Positions 1-9,703 of a stretch of DNA of 64,000 nucleotides are shown one piece after another (position 1 is the stretch's first letter; each line of letters begins with the position of its first letter). Made by a program: the position numbers and the translations under genes. Source of the stretch: an uncultured delta proteobacterium (lineage in GTDB: Bacteria; Desulfobacterota; RBG-13-43-22); assembly GCA_963802945.1 (NCBI GenBank), contig CAWDKY010000027.1:64001-128000 (forward strand). Reading direction: 5' to 3'. The notes beneath the pieces were generated by a model. The model ran no database searches, was not told the DNA's origin, and worked only from the letters and a program-made list of their open reading frames with translations.

Positions 1-276
1 CTCTTATGAATCCATTTCACCACCGTCCACCGGGTCAACCCGAACAGTTCGGCAACAGCCGTGGATTTCCACCCGGCCAAGAGCAGAAGATAACCGGCGA
101 TCCGCATGCCGATCCAAGCTCCCGGAATTTCATCGGCCATTCGTAACAAGGTCTCTCGCGTCATCTTTGGGTGATCGAGGCTTAGAGCTTTCATGGCTTT
201 CCTCCCAATGTGATTTTATTGGGAGTCATTATAGCATGGAATGCACATAATGTCTACTTATTTATGGCGTTAACTA
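1..276 (-). mobile_element. IS630-family insertion sequence, left end and 5' part of transposase orfA (cut by window edge)
   Basis: Reverse complement matches the element at 24959 onward; the TIR ends ...GGCGTTAACTA followed by TA (277-278). Confidence 0.93.
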
Positions 277-659
277 TAAGTAGAGAAAAACTTAAGGAAA
301 TCTCAAGAATTATCTTCTGGAATCTGAACTTTTTTGTTGTATATGGTTTTATCTATAAAATTATTCACTCATTAGGTTCTGATAAATTAACAGAAATTGT
401 TAAAAAAGTATGTAATGAAATTAATACTCCGGCGTCTTTCATAGTGAAACATGGTATTTTAATGTGGTACAATAAAAATTTACAACTTGATGAACTTTTA
501 GCAAAAATTGAGGAAAAAGACCTTTCTATGATAACAGAAAGAGTTATAAATCGTTTTGTTGTTAATCATTGTGTTTTACATCCAATTAATTATAAAGACC
601 GACAAAGAATTGAAAACAAATTAGGGATTCGTACAACAAAACTTTTAAATAGAAGTTAA
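277..659 (+). pseudogene. 3' remnant of an AT-rich gene interrupted by IS630 (possibly the C-terminus of a STAND-type NTPase protein)
   Basis: The ORF 210..659 starts inside the IS, so the genuine coding part begins at the TA target. The HSLGSDKL...NTPASF..KHGILMWY segment recalls C-termini of STAND/metallophosphoesterase proteins (from memory). Confidence 0.6.
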
Positions 660-754
660 TAAGTCAGAACAAAATTGGGGTCATTATTGAAAGCAGAATG
701 AAAAGAAAATAGACCCCCGGCCTAATTAAAAAAAATGATTGTTTAAGGAACCAT

Positions 755-2221
755 ATGACAAGCTCCCGTCCTCATATACTTCTCGTTTCGCCCAAGCACC
801 CTCCAGAAAATTTGATGTGGGATTGTGCATCTATTCGCAAATTTTATGGCGACTCCCAAGGTCGATCTATCAGTTCCCCTTGTTATCCTCTTGCTCTCCC
901 TCTTATTGCAGCATTAATCAAGAGGGCACAGCCAGATATATCTTTAGACGTAGTAGATGAAGACGTAACACCCATCCCACGAGAAAAGAAATGGGATTTA
1001 GTTTGTATTTCAACCAATACATTGCAGGTCAAGAGAGCTTTTGAGTTATGCAGAGACTTTTCCAACACTGCAAAGGTCATCCTTGGAGGTTCGCATTTTT
1101 CGTTATACACAAAAATCACACTTGCGGAAGCTCAAGGTTATGCTAACAGTGTTGTCTTTGGCAAGACAGACAACATGTGGACCGGGATTCTCGATGATTT
1201 TTTAAACGGCAAACTCCAAACCGCTTACATGTCAGACCCAAATGACGCAGACGATTTTCGTAACCATGTCATTCCCGCCTTCGAGTATTTGAAAATGGAT
1301 TCATACCTTCATCGATTAATCGAAACGAGCAGAGGGTGTATAAGACGGTGTGATTTTTGCTGTGTGTCTGATAAATTACGATTTAAACCAATTGGAAATG
1401 TCATTGAAGAGATCAAGATCCTAAGGAATATTGAGCGGCAACATAATCTCCAGTTTGCATCCATCTTTTTCGCAGATAACTTACTTAATCCCACGGGAAT
1501 ACACTCTGAAAGATCAAGCCAATTGATGGAAGCCCTCATTAAGTATAAAGAGAGCCACTATTTAGGAGACAATCTGAAGTGGAGTGGCCAGGCTGACTTC
1601 TTGATTAAGGACGATGAACCTCTGATACGTCTTATGAGTAAAGCAGGAGCCCGCAGGTTGCTTATAGGCTTTGAGTCTTTTCATAATCATTTCGATAAAG
1701 GGTTGGGCCTAACTAATCCTCGTGAGCGTAAGCGTTTTTTTGCAGAGCTTATAGCAATGCTTCGTAAGCATGGAATAGAAGTAATAGCATCCTTTATTAT
1801 AGGCCATGACAACGACCCTGAAACAGTGTTTATCGAATTAAGTGAATTCATAGAAGACACTAACCTAACTTCAGTTCAAGTATTAGTATTGACGCCGTTT
1901 CCTGGAACAAAAGTCTTCAACGAGCTTTATTCGCAGGGTAGACTAATCTCTTCTGACAATGGTCACATCGATTGGACCAAATTTAATTCACTCACCTTTG
2001 TTTTCAAAACCAAAAAACTAGAAGCGAAATACAGTGAATACATAAAATTTTTGAGGAAAATTTACAACTATGAAAGAATTCTGAAGAGAGTGGATGCTAA
2101 GATGAACGAGTTTCCACTTCACGTTCGCGATGAAGTCAAGAAAAATGATTTGCTTTTTGGAAAACACTGCTCGCAGATTGCAATGACTATCGGAGGGGAA
2201 CAATATGTCGATGATTTTTGA
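755..2221 (+). CDS. B12-binding domain radical SAM protein
   Basis: N-terminal cobalamin-binding fold (PLALPLIAAL, VILGGSH), SRGCIRRCDFC CxxxCxxC motif, FFADN, IGFES, LTPFPGT. Confidence 0.9.
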   Translation: MTSSRPHILLVSPKHPPENLMWDCASIRKFYGDSQGRSISSPCYPLALPLIAALIKRAQPDISLDVVDEDVTPIPREKKWDLVCISTNTLQVKRAFELCRDFSNTAKVILGGSHFSLYTKITLAEAQGYANSVVFGKTDNMWTGILDDFLNGKLQTAYMSDPNDADDFRNHVIPAFEYLKMDSYLHRLIETSRGCIRRCDFCCVSDKLRFKPIGNVIEEIKILRNIERQHNLQFASIFFADNLLNPTGIHSERSSQLMEALIKYKESHYLGDNLKWSGQADFLIKDDEPLIRLMSKAGARRLLIGFESFHNHFDKGLGLTNPRERKRFFAELIAMLRKHGIEVIASFIIGHDNDPETVFIELSEFIEDTNLTSVQVLVLTPFPGTKVFNELYSQGRLISSDNGHIDWTKFNSLTFVFKTKKLEAKYSEYIKFLRKIYNYERILKRVDAKMNEFPLHVRDEVKKNDLLFGKHCSQIAMTIGGEQYVDDF

Positions 2222-3680
2222 CCCAAAAAAAATAGATAAAACCCAATTTAATTTATCCGTTAACATCATCAGAGATCATGAAAGTTCTCATCATGTTTGT
2301 TTTAACAAACTCTTCCCTGCCTGCCGGTACAAAAAAGACCAATTACAGGATTATAAGAGATTTCACGTGAGAGTCTACATACCGAAGAAAGCCCTCATGA
2401 ATATAAAAAAAGAAATCGAACGTGCGATAATAATGGTAAATGGCCTCGATGAAACCAAATATTTCACACTGTACGACCAACTTGGTCTCAAGTTGGCAGA
2501 ACATGGCATTGCCTCTGTTCTGATTCCTCTACCTGGCCACCTGAATAGGCATGCAGAATACCGAAATAAGGTCCCCGTATACGAAAAAAGACCAACAGCA
2601 GATTTGTTAGCGAACCCAGCAATTACAAGGCGTTTTTATTTCCAATTCATGGAAGAGTTGGATATTCTCTTAGATCACCTTACAGGGCAAGACTGTTGTG
2701 AAAGAAATGACAATTGTTTTTTCTTTAGAAGCCTTTTTGGTCCAGAAACGCGGGTTTCTATTTTGGGATACTCCATTGGCGCTTTGGCCGCTTTGGCCCA
2801 CTTCATCAAAAGAAAGGACAAATATAATTCATGCTTTGCACTAAACGGTGGCATCCAGATTAGCGATTTACGTTTCCCAGATAAATTCATAGAAAAAAGC
2901 GTATGGAAGGAGTTTACTCTCAAGCTGACAAGCTTTTGGGCGACACAGCACAAACCAACAGATTCACCAGATGAGATCATCGATGATACCCTTTTCTCTC
3001 AATTCTTTCTTGGATCTTATACGGGTCCCCTTAAGGAAATTCTTAAAGCATTATCACGTCGGATCTTGTTCGTTTTTGGAGGGAGCGACCAACTCATCCC
3101 TTTTCAGAGTCTGCAGAAGATTGAACCGGAGGAGCATGGTTTATCTATTTTAAAAATACCAGGCCTAGGCCACTTCCTCCCAAAGGAAAGAGAATGGAGT
3201 AATTGGATTGATACTCTTGTCAACCTAATTGCGAATTTTGAAGAAAATGCTGCCCATGAAATCCTTGGGTTTAAGGAACTCATCGAGACTCTTATAAAGT
3301 TGGATAGGAAACACGAATTTATTTCCAGGAACCCCGAATTTCCTTTCAATGGTGTTTTCTTTGGAACAAATATGGCCCTTGAAAAAATAGAGGACGCCAA
3401 TGTTTACCGCCTAGTACAAAAGCTGATTCAGTGTTCATCTGCATATATTTCTTCCGAGGACCTGTATTCTGAACTCAGCAGAGAAAAATCTAAGTACCTT
3501 CTCGGAAACTTGCTTGTCGAGAGCGGACATGTTCGGGAGGATCATGTTGCGGAATGCCTATTAGTCCAATCTAAATCGGGAACGGCGCTCGGTGAATTAC
3601 TTGTTTCTAAGAAGTATCTAGACGACGGAAGGCTAAACAAAGCTTTGCGGAAACAGGAGGCCTTCTACAAAGAGGGATGA
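2205..3680 (+). CDS. Alpha/beta hydrolase with C-terminal MshEN-like domain
   Basis: GYSIG nucleophile elbow, GGSDQ (Asp) and GLGH (His); tandem 24-aa LGxLLV..G..Q motifs at aa 432-484; overlaps the radical SAM gene end by 17 nt. Confidence 0.8.
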   Translation: MSMIFDPKKIDKTQFNLSVNIIRDHESSHHVCFNKLFPACRYKKDQLQDYKRFHVRVYIPKKALMNIKKEIERAIIMVNGLDETKYFTLYDQLGLKLAEHGIASVLIPLPGHLNRHAEYRNKVPVYEKRPTADLLANPAITRRFYFQFMEELDILLDHLTGQDCCERNDNCFFFRSLFGPETRVSILGYSIGALAALAHFIKRKDKYNSCFALNGGIQISDLRFPDKFIEKSVWKEFTLKLTSFWATQHKPTDSPDEIIDDTLFSQFFLGSYTGPLKEILKALSRRILFVFGGSDQLIPFQSLQKIEPEEHGLSILKIPGLGHFLPKEREWSNWIDTLVNLIANFEENAAHEILGFKELIETLIKLDRKHEFISRNPEFPFNGVFFGTNMALEKIEDANVYRLVQKLIQCSSAYISSEDLYSELSREKSKYLLGNLLVESGHVREDHVAECLLVQSKSGTALGELLVSKKYLDDGRLNKALRKQEAFYKEG

Positions 3681-3760
3681 ACTGGTCAGCTTTTCGAAGA
3701 GGGAAATAGTGAAGAAATGGGGGACGACCTTAAATAATTGATTCCTGAGAAATAAGTCCC

Positions 3761-3841
3761 GGGGTCGAGGGTCAGGTCTTTTATTTTGGCATAATGAATT
3801 AAAGCAGAACACCGGTAATGGATAGGGATTGGGGGCTTACC
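3761..3841 (+). repeat. GGGGTC-type dispersed repeat, copy 1 (modules A-B)
   Basis: Near-identical to 7726-7801 (GGGTCGAGGGTCAGGTCTTTTATTTTGG...AAAGCAGAAC..CGGTAATGGATAGGGATTGGGG.CTTACC). Confidence 0.9.
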
Positions 3842-4169
3842 TGATTTTAGGGTCAGGTCTTTTATCTTGGTGTTATTGTCAAAGGAGTCATGTCTACGTT
3901 TGACTTTTGAAACTATTTTAGATTAATTATTGATACTTCTCTTTTTCACATCAAGGATTGCGGGTTAAGATTAAAGAAATCTATAAGGGGCAAACCTTGC
4001 GCCCCGATTTACCACTTGATAAGCATTACAAATTACTCAATACGATGAGCAAATTTACTCAAAAACGACAGCAAACCTTAAGCCTTATTTTCGCCCTCCA
4101 GCTTCTATGGATTTGTAGTCAAATCTTGATCCTTGGAGGTATGGGGCTGGCCGACGTCGGTGATTCTGG

Positions 4170-4203
4170 TTGACAAAATTATAATGGTCAGTATAATGAC
4201 TAT
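4170..4203 (+). promoter_or_regulatory. Sigma70 promoter with overlapping palindromic operator of the TA operon
   Basis: TTGACA-N16-TATAAT; inverted repeat ATGGTCA-N6-TGACTAT spans the -10 box. Confidence 0.7.
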
Positions 4204-4500
4204 ATGGTAAAAAATAATGGGGGGTTAGATATGGAGATCATTCGGGAGTATATCCCAGTCACCAAGGCCAAAAGCGATCTGCTGAATTTGATTCGAAAGC
4301 TCGAAAATAGCGAAGATGCCGTTGCCATTACGAAAAACGGAACTCCAGAGGCCGTTCTGATCAGCATGAGAAAATTTAAAGGACTCCTGGAGACCATTGA
4401 TATCCTTTCCGATGAGCAGGCCATGAAAAGCATTAGAAAATCCATCCGGGAGGCCAATCGAGGAAAATGGGTTGAGTTCGATAAGGTTTTCGGGCCATGA
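4204..4500 (+). CDS. Phd/YefM family antitoxin (start possibly 4231)
   Basis: IPVTKAKSDLLNLIR...VAITKNGTPEAVLIS...LLETIDIL is the typical Phd pattern; ATGA overlap with the toxin. Confidence 0.92.
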   Translation: MVKNNGGLDMEIIREYIPVTKAKSDLLNLIRKLENSEDAVAITKNGTPEAVLISMRKFKGLLETIDILSDEQAMKSIRKSIREANRGKWVEFDKVFGP

Positions 4501-4787
4501 AGGAATATCATGTTCGTTTCACTCCTGAAGCAGTTCAATGTATCTCCCGGCTGCATCCCGATCACAAGAAGATCATACGAGACGCCTTAGACCAACTGCG
4601 TCGTGAACCCTTTACCGGTGATGACTTGCAGGAGGAACTCGCCGAATTCAAATCCTTTAAGCCCAGGAGATTTCGGATCATCTATACCATTGACCAAAAC
4701 AAACGGCTTATCCAAGTCTATTATGTCGGCCTTCGTAAGGACGTTTATGACCAATTCCGGCTTCTGCTGGACAAACTAAAATCATAG
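4497..4787 (+). CDS. RelE/ParE family toxin
   Basis: 96 aa; Y.V.FTPEA, EPFTG..L, RFRIIYTID, VGLRKDVY. Confidence 0.92.
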   Translation: MKEYHVRFTPEAVQCISRLHPDHKKIIRDALDQLRREPFTGDDLQEELAEFKSFKPRRFRIIYTIDQNKRLIQVYYVGLRKDVYDQFRLLLDKLKS

Positions 4788-4865
4788 CCGCACCTTATTT
4801 CAGAAAAAGGGAACTTTCCCGGATTAAAATAAAAAGTCTTGAATTGGGGTCGGACCGGACGAAGA

Positions 4866-4943
4866 GATTGGAGTCTTACCAGACGAAGAAACTGGATTCA
4901 TAGGGAATTGTATGAAAAACTGGGGTAAAAAAGGTCTTAAACC
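4866..4943 (+). repeat. Dispersed repeat, copy 2 (modules B-C)
   Basis: GATTGGAGTCTTACCAGACGAAGAAACTGGATTCATAGG... matches 7787-7864. Confidence 0.85.
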
Positions 4944-5055
4944 GACCTTCTTACCCCCCAAAATAAAGCTTTTGATGCCTGTATTTCCTGAGTTTATTCT
5001 GGCTTTATTTTCCGGGGCTGAACACAAGTCCGGAGAAACCGAGCCGGAAATCGGT

Positions 5056-7518
5056 TCAATGTTCGAGAGGACGGCTGCCCTGTTCATGATCCATAATGAT
5101 ATCCTTAGCCCGCAATTCGGCTATTTCCTTTGCGTCTAATCCCAACAGTTCTCCTAAGACATAGTCATTATGCTCTCCAAGGCGCGGAGCGCACACCGCC
5201 GGTATTTCCAGACCGTCAATTCTGAACGGAGGGCCGGGGAGTTCAAGTTTCCCTATTTCAGGATGGCGGATGGTCACAAAGGCTTTTCGTTTCCTAAGAT
5301 GACGATCGGCATACATATCTTCACCATCCCTGGAAGGTGCTGCGGCCAGACCCGCCTGGCAGAATTCATTGACCATCCAATCCCGATCCCGCTGACTTAT
5401 CCAATGGCCGATGATTTCATCCAATTCCTGCTCGTGTTTTTTTCGGGAACTCATATCTGCAAAACGCAAATCTTTCGACATCTCCGGTCGGCCGATTAAT
5501 TTAGCCAGAACGGCGAATTCTTCGTCGGAGTGTATCTCCAAGGCCAGCCAGCGATCCACCCCCCAGCATCGGTAGACGTTGTGCGGTGCGAAAAAAGGAT
5601 GAGCGTTCCCGATTCGTTCCGGTATTTTTCCCGTCATTTGAAAGGCCAACAGAAATTCACCGATCAGCGAAGTGACGGCCTCGCATTGGGAGATATCGAT
5701 GAATTGTCCCTGGCCGGTCTTCCGTCGATGATGGAGAGCGATGACGGCGCTGTAGGCGGCGACCATGCTGTTCATGATATCCGCATCGGCCGAGCCATGG
5801 GTGGGATGATCATCCGGATAACCCGAGACATAAGTAAGCCCGCCAATCGATTGATGGGTTGTGGCAAATCCGAGATAATCGCTTTCAGGACCGCCTAATC
5901 CCCGGCTGGAAAGGGCCACACAGATGATATCCGGCCGTGATTTTTTTAAATCTTCGTATCCCAGACCTAATTTAGCCATGACGCCCGGACGCATGTTATC
6001 CACGATCACATCGCTGATCAAGGCCAATCTTTTGGCCAGGGCCATCCCTTCCGGCTGGCCGAGGTCGAGGGTGAGACTTTTTTTATTTTGATTGATGGTA
6101 TTATAGGCCAGGCCCTGGTTGGGCGGAAGAAGGACGGGATTTGGTTCGGGTAGGGGCCAGATTACGCCCCGCCGCGTCATATCCGATCGCCGGTGACCTT
6201 CGATCTTGATGACCTCGGCCCCAAGCTGGCCGAGAAGCATGCAGGCGTAAGGTCCGGCATAGACCCAGTTAAAATCTAAAACTCGAATCCCTTCCAGCGG
6301 AAGCTTGTCAGGGCCATCCTGGCGGATAGATTCGGGAGAGGACTTAGGACCTTTGCTCGCCTTGGCTAATGCCTTGAGAATCTCATCATTATGCTGACCC
6401 AGCAAAGGGGCGGGTCGGCTGATTTCCGGCTTTATGGAGGTCATTTTGTAGGGCCAGCCAGGATATTGCAATCGGCCAGCGATCGGATGATCCACGGGCA
6501 CAAAATAGTTTCTGGCCGCGTACTGCCGATTTTCCATCACATCTTTGGCCGTATTGACCGGTCCGTTGGGAATGCCCACTTCATCGAACATTCGACCTAA
6601 TTCATCTTTCTTATACTGCCTCATCCAGGCTTCCATTTGAGGAACGATATCCATCATATGAAAACGGCGGTAAACACGATTGTCCCACTCGTCTCCGGCG
6701 ATCCAGTCGGGTTTTCCGGCCAGTTCCCTGAAGGCCCTGAAATGATGGTCGTCGGCAGGGGCGAAAATGATATAGCCGTCGCTGGTCTGCATTCTGCCGC
6801 TGGCCGGCGGCCGGTCCGGCACGCGGGACCAGGTCGTCCTATTGTAACGATTGCCCGTTATGTTTGGAGCAACCGTAGTCATGACCACTTCCTGAAGGGA
6901 GATGTCTACGAGTTTGCCTCCGCCGGTCTTCAATCGGTTCGAAACCACGGCCAGCGTAGCCAGCGCGGCGGCGATGGCCCCGTAATAAGCGACCTGAAAT
7001 CCCCCCAGCTTGACCGGTGGACGGTCAATGTTAGGGGAACGGGTCGGCAATAGATTGCCCAATCCGCCGGCGTGGATAAGGGTTAATTCGTCTCCTTTGA
7101 CCTTAGCCCGCGGGCCTGTACGTCCATAGGGGGTTATTACGGTATAAACCAGTTCCGGGTTTAATTGGTGAATGGTTTCCCAGCCCAGTCCAAAACTCTC
7201 CAGAACGGCAGGGGTATGGTTATCAATCAAAACATCGGCCCAGAGAATAAGCTTCTTGAAGGTCTCAAGGCCCTGGGGAGAGTTCAAGGAGAGTGTAATG
7301 CCCCGCTTGTTGGTATTATTGTACAAGTACAATCCGCTGCATTCCTGATGAGATCCGCTGGTCGGAAAAGGTCCGAAGGAGCGGGCCGGATCACCTTCTG
7401 TGGTTTCAATCTTGACCACATCGGCACCCATATCCGCCATAAGCTTTCCACAGTATGGTCCGGAGACCATGGAGGCAAATTCAATAATCTTGATGTCGTT
7501 CAGCACTTTTTCAGGCAT
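5056..7518 (-). CDS. Double-domain CaiB/BaiF (family III) CoA-transferase
   Basis: Two tandem repeats of GPY(C/A)...GA(D/E)V(V/I)KIE, N.NK.(G/S)(I/L)TL and AP.LG(Q/E)HND. Confidence 0.95.
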   Translation of the reverse strand: MPEKVLNDIKIIEFASMVSGPYCGKLMADMGADVVKIETTEGDPARSFGPFPTSGSHQECSGLYLYNNTNKRGITLSLNSPQGLETFKKLILWADVLIDNHTPAVLESFGLGWETIHQLNPELVYTVITPYGRTGPRAKVKGDELTLIHAGGLGNLLPTRSPNIDRPPVKLGGFQVAYYGAIAAALATLAVVSNRLKTGGGKLVDISLQEVVMTTVAPNITGNRYNRTTWSRVPDRPPASGRMQTSDGYIIFAPADDHHFRAFRELAGKPDWIAGDEWDNRVYRRFHMMDIVPQMEAWMRQYKKDELGRMFDEVGIPNGPVNTAKDVMENRQYAARNYFVPVDHPIAGRLQYPGWPYKMTSIKPEISRPAPLLGQHNDEILKALAKASKGPKSSPESIRQDGPDKLPLEGIRVLDFNWVYAGPYACMLLGQLGAEVIKIEGHRRSDMTRRGVIWPLPEPNPVLLPPNQGLAYNTINQNKKSLTLDLGQPEGMALAKRLALISDVIVDNMRPGVMAKLGLGYEDLKKSRPDIICVALSSRGLGGPESDYLGFATTHQSIGGLTYVSGYPDDHPTHGSADADIMNSMVAAYSAVIALHHRRKTGQGQFIDISQCEAVTSLIGEFLLAFQMTGKIPERIGNAHPFFAPHNVYRCWGVDRWLALEIHSDEEFAVLAKLIGRPEMSKDLRFADMSSRKKHEQELDEIIGHWISQRDRDWMVNEFCQAGLAAAPSRDGEDMYADRHLRKRKAFVTIRHPEIGKLELPGPPFRIDGLEIPAVCAPRLGEHNDYVLGELLGLDAKEIAELRAKDIIMDHEQGSRPLEH

Positions 7519-7725
7519 AGTTTTCCGTTCCTGTTTCGAATGAATTGCAAGCAGATCTCTTATCCGGAATAAGCTCTCTGGAAGGTAATCATCCCAAGGC
7601 TATTGGTTTGATAAAGCCGCTTTTTCGTGGGAAGAATATAAAATAAAGTCAAGAGAGGATCAAGGGGAAAAATTGAAGGGAAAACCAGGTGACCAAGGGG
7701 ATGGTAGGATTAAGATTGGGGTCGT

Positions 7726-7864
7726 GGGTCGAGGGTCAGGTCTTTTATTTTGGTATAATTAAAGCAGAACATCGGTAATGGATAGGGATTGGGGTCTTAC
7801 CAGACGAAAAAACTGGATTCATAGGAAATGGTTTGATAAATGCAGGGCAAAAATGGGCTTAAAC
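7726..7864 (+). repeat. Dispersed repeat, copy 3 (intact A-B-C)
   Basis: Contains both the 3761-3841 and the 4866-4943 sequences contiguously. Confidence 0.88.
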
Positions 7865-7894
7865 TTATTAACTTATTGGCCTGAAGACGGCCTG

Positions 7895-7924
7895 CGAAAA
7901 TAGGGACGGCTGTCCCTATTTTCG
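7895..7924. terminator. Perfect hairpin, likely intrinsic terminator of the gctAB-crotonase operon (or REP-like palindrome)
   Basis: CGAAAATAGGGAC-GGCT-GTCCCTATTTTCG, 16 nt downstream of the crotonase stop. Confidence 0.65.
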
Positions 7925-7940
7925 TTCTGACTCCGCCTTG

Positions 7941-8765
7941 TCATTTTCCCTTGAAAACAGGAGGACGTTTTTCCAAGAAGGCCTTCGATCCTTCAATATG
8001 ATCTTCTGTTTCCGCACAAACCATGAAGGCCTGGGCATGCCATTCCATATACTCGGGCATGGGCATATTCACTCCTCGGCGAACCCCCTCAATCGCTAAC
8101 TGAACAGATATGGGAGGTTTGCCGGCTATCTTATTGGCAAATTCCAGGGCTTCGCTCATCAACTGCTCATGGGGCACCACTTTGTTTACCAAACCGATCC
8201 GCTCCGCTTCCTTGGCATCGATGATGTCTGTCGTCAGGATCATTTCATAGGTCTTGGCCGTACCTATTAACCTGGGCAGCAGAATCATCGCCGCATCGGG
8301 AAGTAAGCCCACGCGCAGGAACACCTCCCCGAAACGCGCCTTTTCGGAGGCGATCCGCATATGGCACATAAGGCTCATGTCGCATCCGTAACCCACGGCC
8401 GCTCCGTTGACGGCGGCAATGGAAGGCTTATTGATTTCCACCAGGCGATGGGCGCCTCCCATGGAATGTCTTTTTCTTTGCAGGATTTGAAGGCGGGCTT
8501 GCTTTTCCCGCCGGAGGTTATCCTCCGGATCTAAAAATATGTCCCTGACATCATCTCCGGAGCAAAATCCCTTGCCCGCACCAGTCAGTACCACGACCCT
8601 GATGCGATCATCTTTCTCCACCAGGTCGATGGCCTGTTCCAGCTCTCTGTGGGTCAGTATGGTCAGGGCATTCATCCGATCAGGCCGGTTCAGGGTAATT
8701 ACGGCAACGGGCCCTTTCTCCTCGTAAAGGATCTCCTTAAATTCCATATTCTCCTCCTTATTCAT
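7941..8765 (-). CDS. Enoyl-CoA hydratase/isomerase (crotonase) family protein
   Basis: ITLNRPDRMNAL, GFCSGDDV, KPSIAAVNGAAVGYG, AFLEKRPPVFKGK. Confidence 0.95.
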   Translation of the reverse strand: MNKEENMEFKEILYEEKGPVAVITLNRPDRMNALTILTHRELEQAIDLVEKDDRIRVVVLTGAGKGFCSGDDVRDIFLDPEDNLRREKQARLQILQRKRHSMGGAHRLVEINKPSIAAVNGAAVGYGCDMSLMCHMRIASEKARFGEVFLRVGLLPDAAMILLPRLIGTAKTYEMILTTDIIDAKEAERIGLVNKVVPHEQLMSEALEFANKIAGKPPISVQLAIEGVRRGVNMPMPEYMEWHAQAFMVCAETEDHIEGSKAFLEKRPPVFKGK

Positions 8766-8896
8766 TCGAAGTATGGTTAAAAGTTATTTCTTCCTCCCCA
8801 TCAAAAAAGATAACGTTGGAATAGACCTCCTGCCTGAAGGTCCCCAGGGGATAAAGAGAACAAGACCATTTCATTTTGTTTGGCTTTGAAGCAAAA

Positions 8897-9703
8897 CTAT
8901 GAACGCGGGATCAACACCGCCCTGGGATCAATGACCTCTCTGATCAGCCTCAATTCCTCCGGGGTGGGTGCGGGCGTTTCCAAGACCTTCTTCGGTATCC
9001 AGTCATGGGTGAAACCGGTGTTGGCTTTCACCTCCTCCAAAGTCACCCCAGGGTGTATGGACCTCAGCCTGACCTGCTTGGTCTGGGGATCAAAATCGAA
9101 GATGCACTTATCCGTCAAAATCAGACAGGGCCCTCCCCTGGTCAGGCCCGCCTTTTCTCGGGCACCGGGACCGTCCAGATAACCCGCCCCGGATATGAAG
9201 TCCACTTTATCCACAAAATTTCTTTTCTCATGGTCAACGATGATGAACTCCCTTTTGAACAGGGAGAAATGTCCCGGCTGGTTTATGGGGCCGATGAGCC
9301 GGATCTTGGGCCGGTAGTAGTCCCCGATACAAACAATATTGCAGTTGCCGTATTGATCAACCTGGGCCGCCGAGCCGAATCCCACGTCACATTCCCCCCG
9401 GGCGGCCATATAGCCTGTTGCCCTGGATTCGCACCTCCAAAACTGAAGGTCTGTCCCGAATTCCGTTTCCAATTCAGTCGGGATTTCGCTGACGATGGGG
9501 TTCATCAGCCAGCCGCCCACGGCCATAAATGAATTGGGGGCATGGGTCAGTTGGGCCAGGCACATGCCCACTACGGGAACCCTGGAAAGAATCTGAATCG
9601 TGGCATCCCCGGTAGCCAGGCCGATGAACCAATTCTCGTTATCGTTCAGTTCATGGCTGATGGCCACGGCCATCGCTTCGTAAATAGTATAGGTTAAGCT
9701 CAT
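8897..9703 (-). CDS. Family I CoA-transferase beta subunit (GctB-like)
   Basis: AAQVDQYGNCN, FVDKVDFISGAG, SIHPGVTLEEV..NTGF; translationally coupled to the alpha subunit. Confidence 0.9.
   Translation of the reverse strand: MSLTYTIYEAMAVAISHELNDNENWFIGLATGDATIQILSRVPVVGMCLAQLTHAPNSFMAVGGWLMNPIVSEIPTELETEFGTDLQFWRCESRATGYMAARGECDVGFGSAAQVDQYGNCNIVCIGDYYRPKIRLIGPINQPGHFSLFKREFIIVDHEKRNFVDKVDFISGAGYLDGPGAREKAGLTRGGPCLILTDKCIFDFDPQTKQVRLRSIHPGVTLEEVKANTGFTHDWIPKKVLETPAPTPEELRLIREVIDPRAVLIPRS

Noticed and set aside
3958-4173. Small intergenic ORFs (also 4824-5139, 11800-12039, 21497-21706, 36799-37032, 52063-52245)
   Set aside because: No RBS or domain signal; they overlap repeats, MITEs or promoters.
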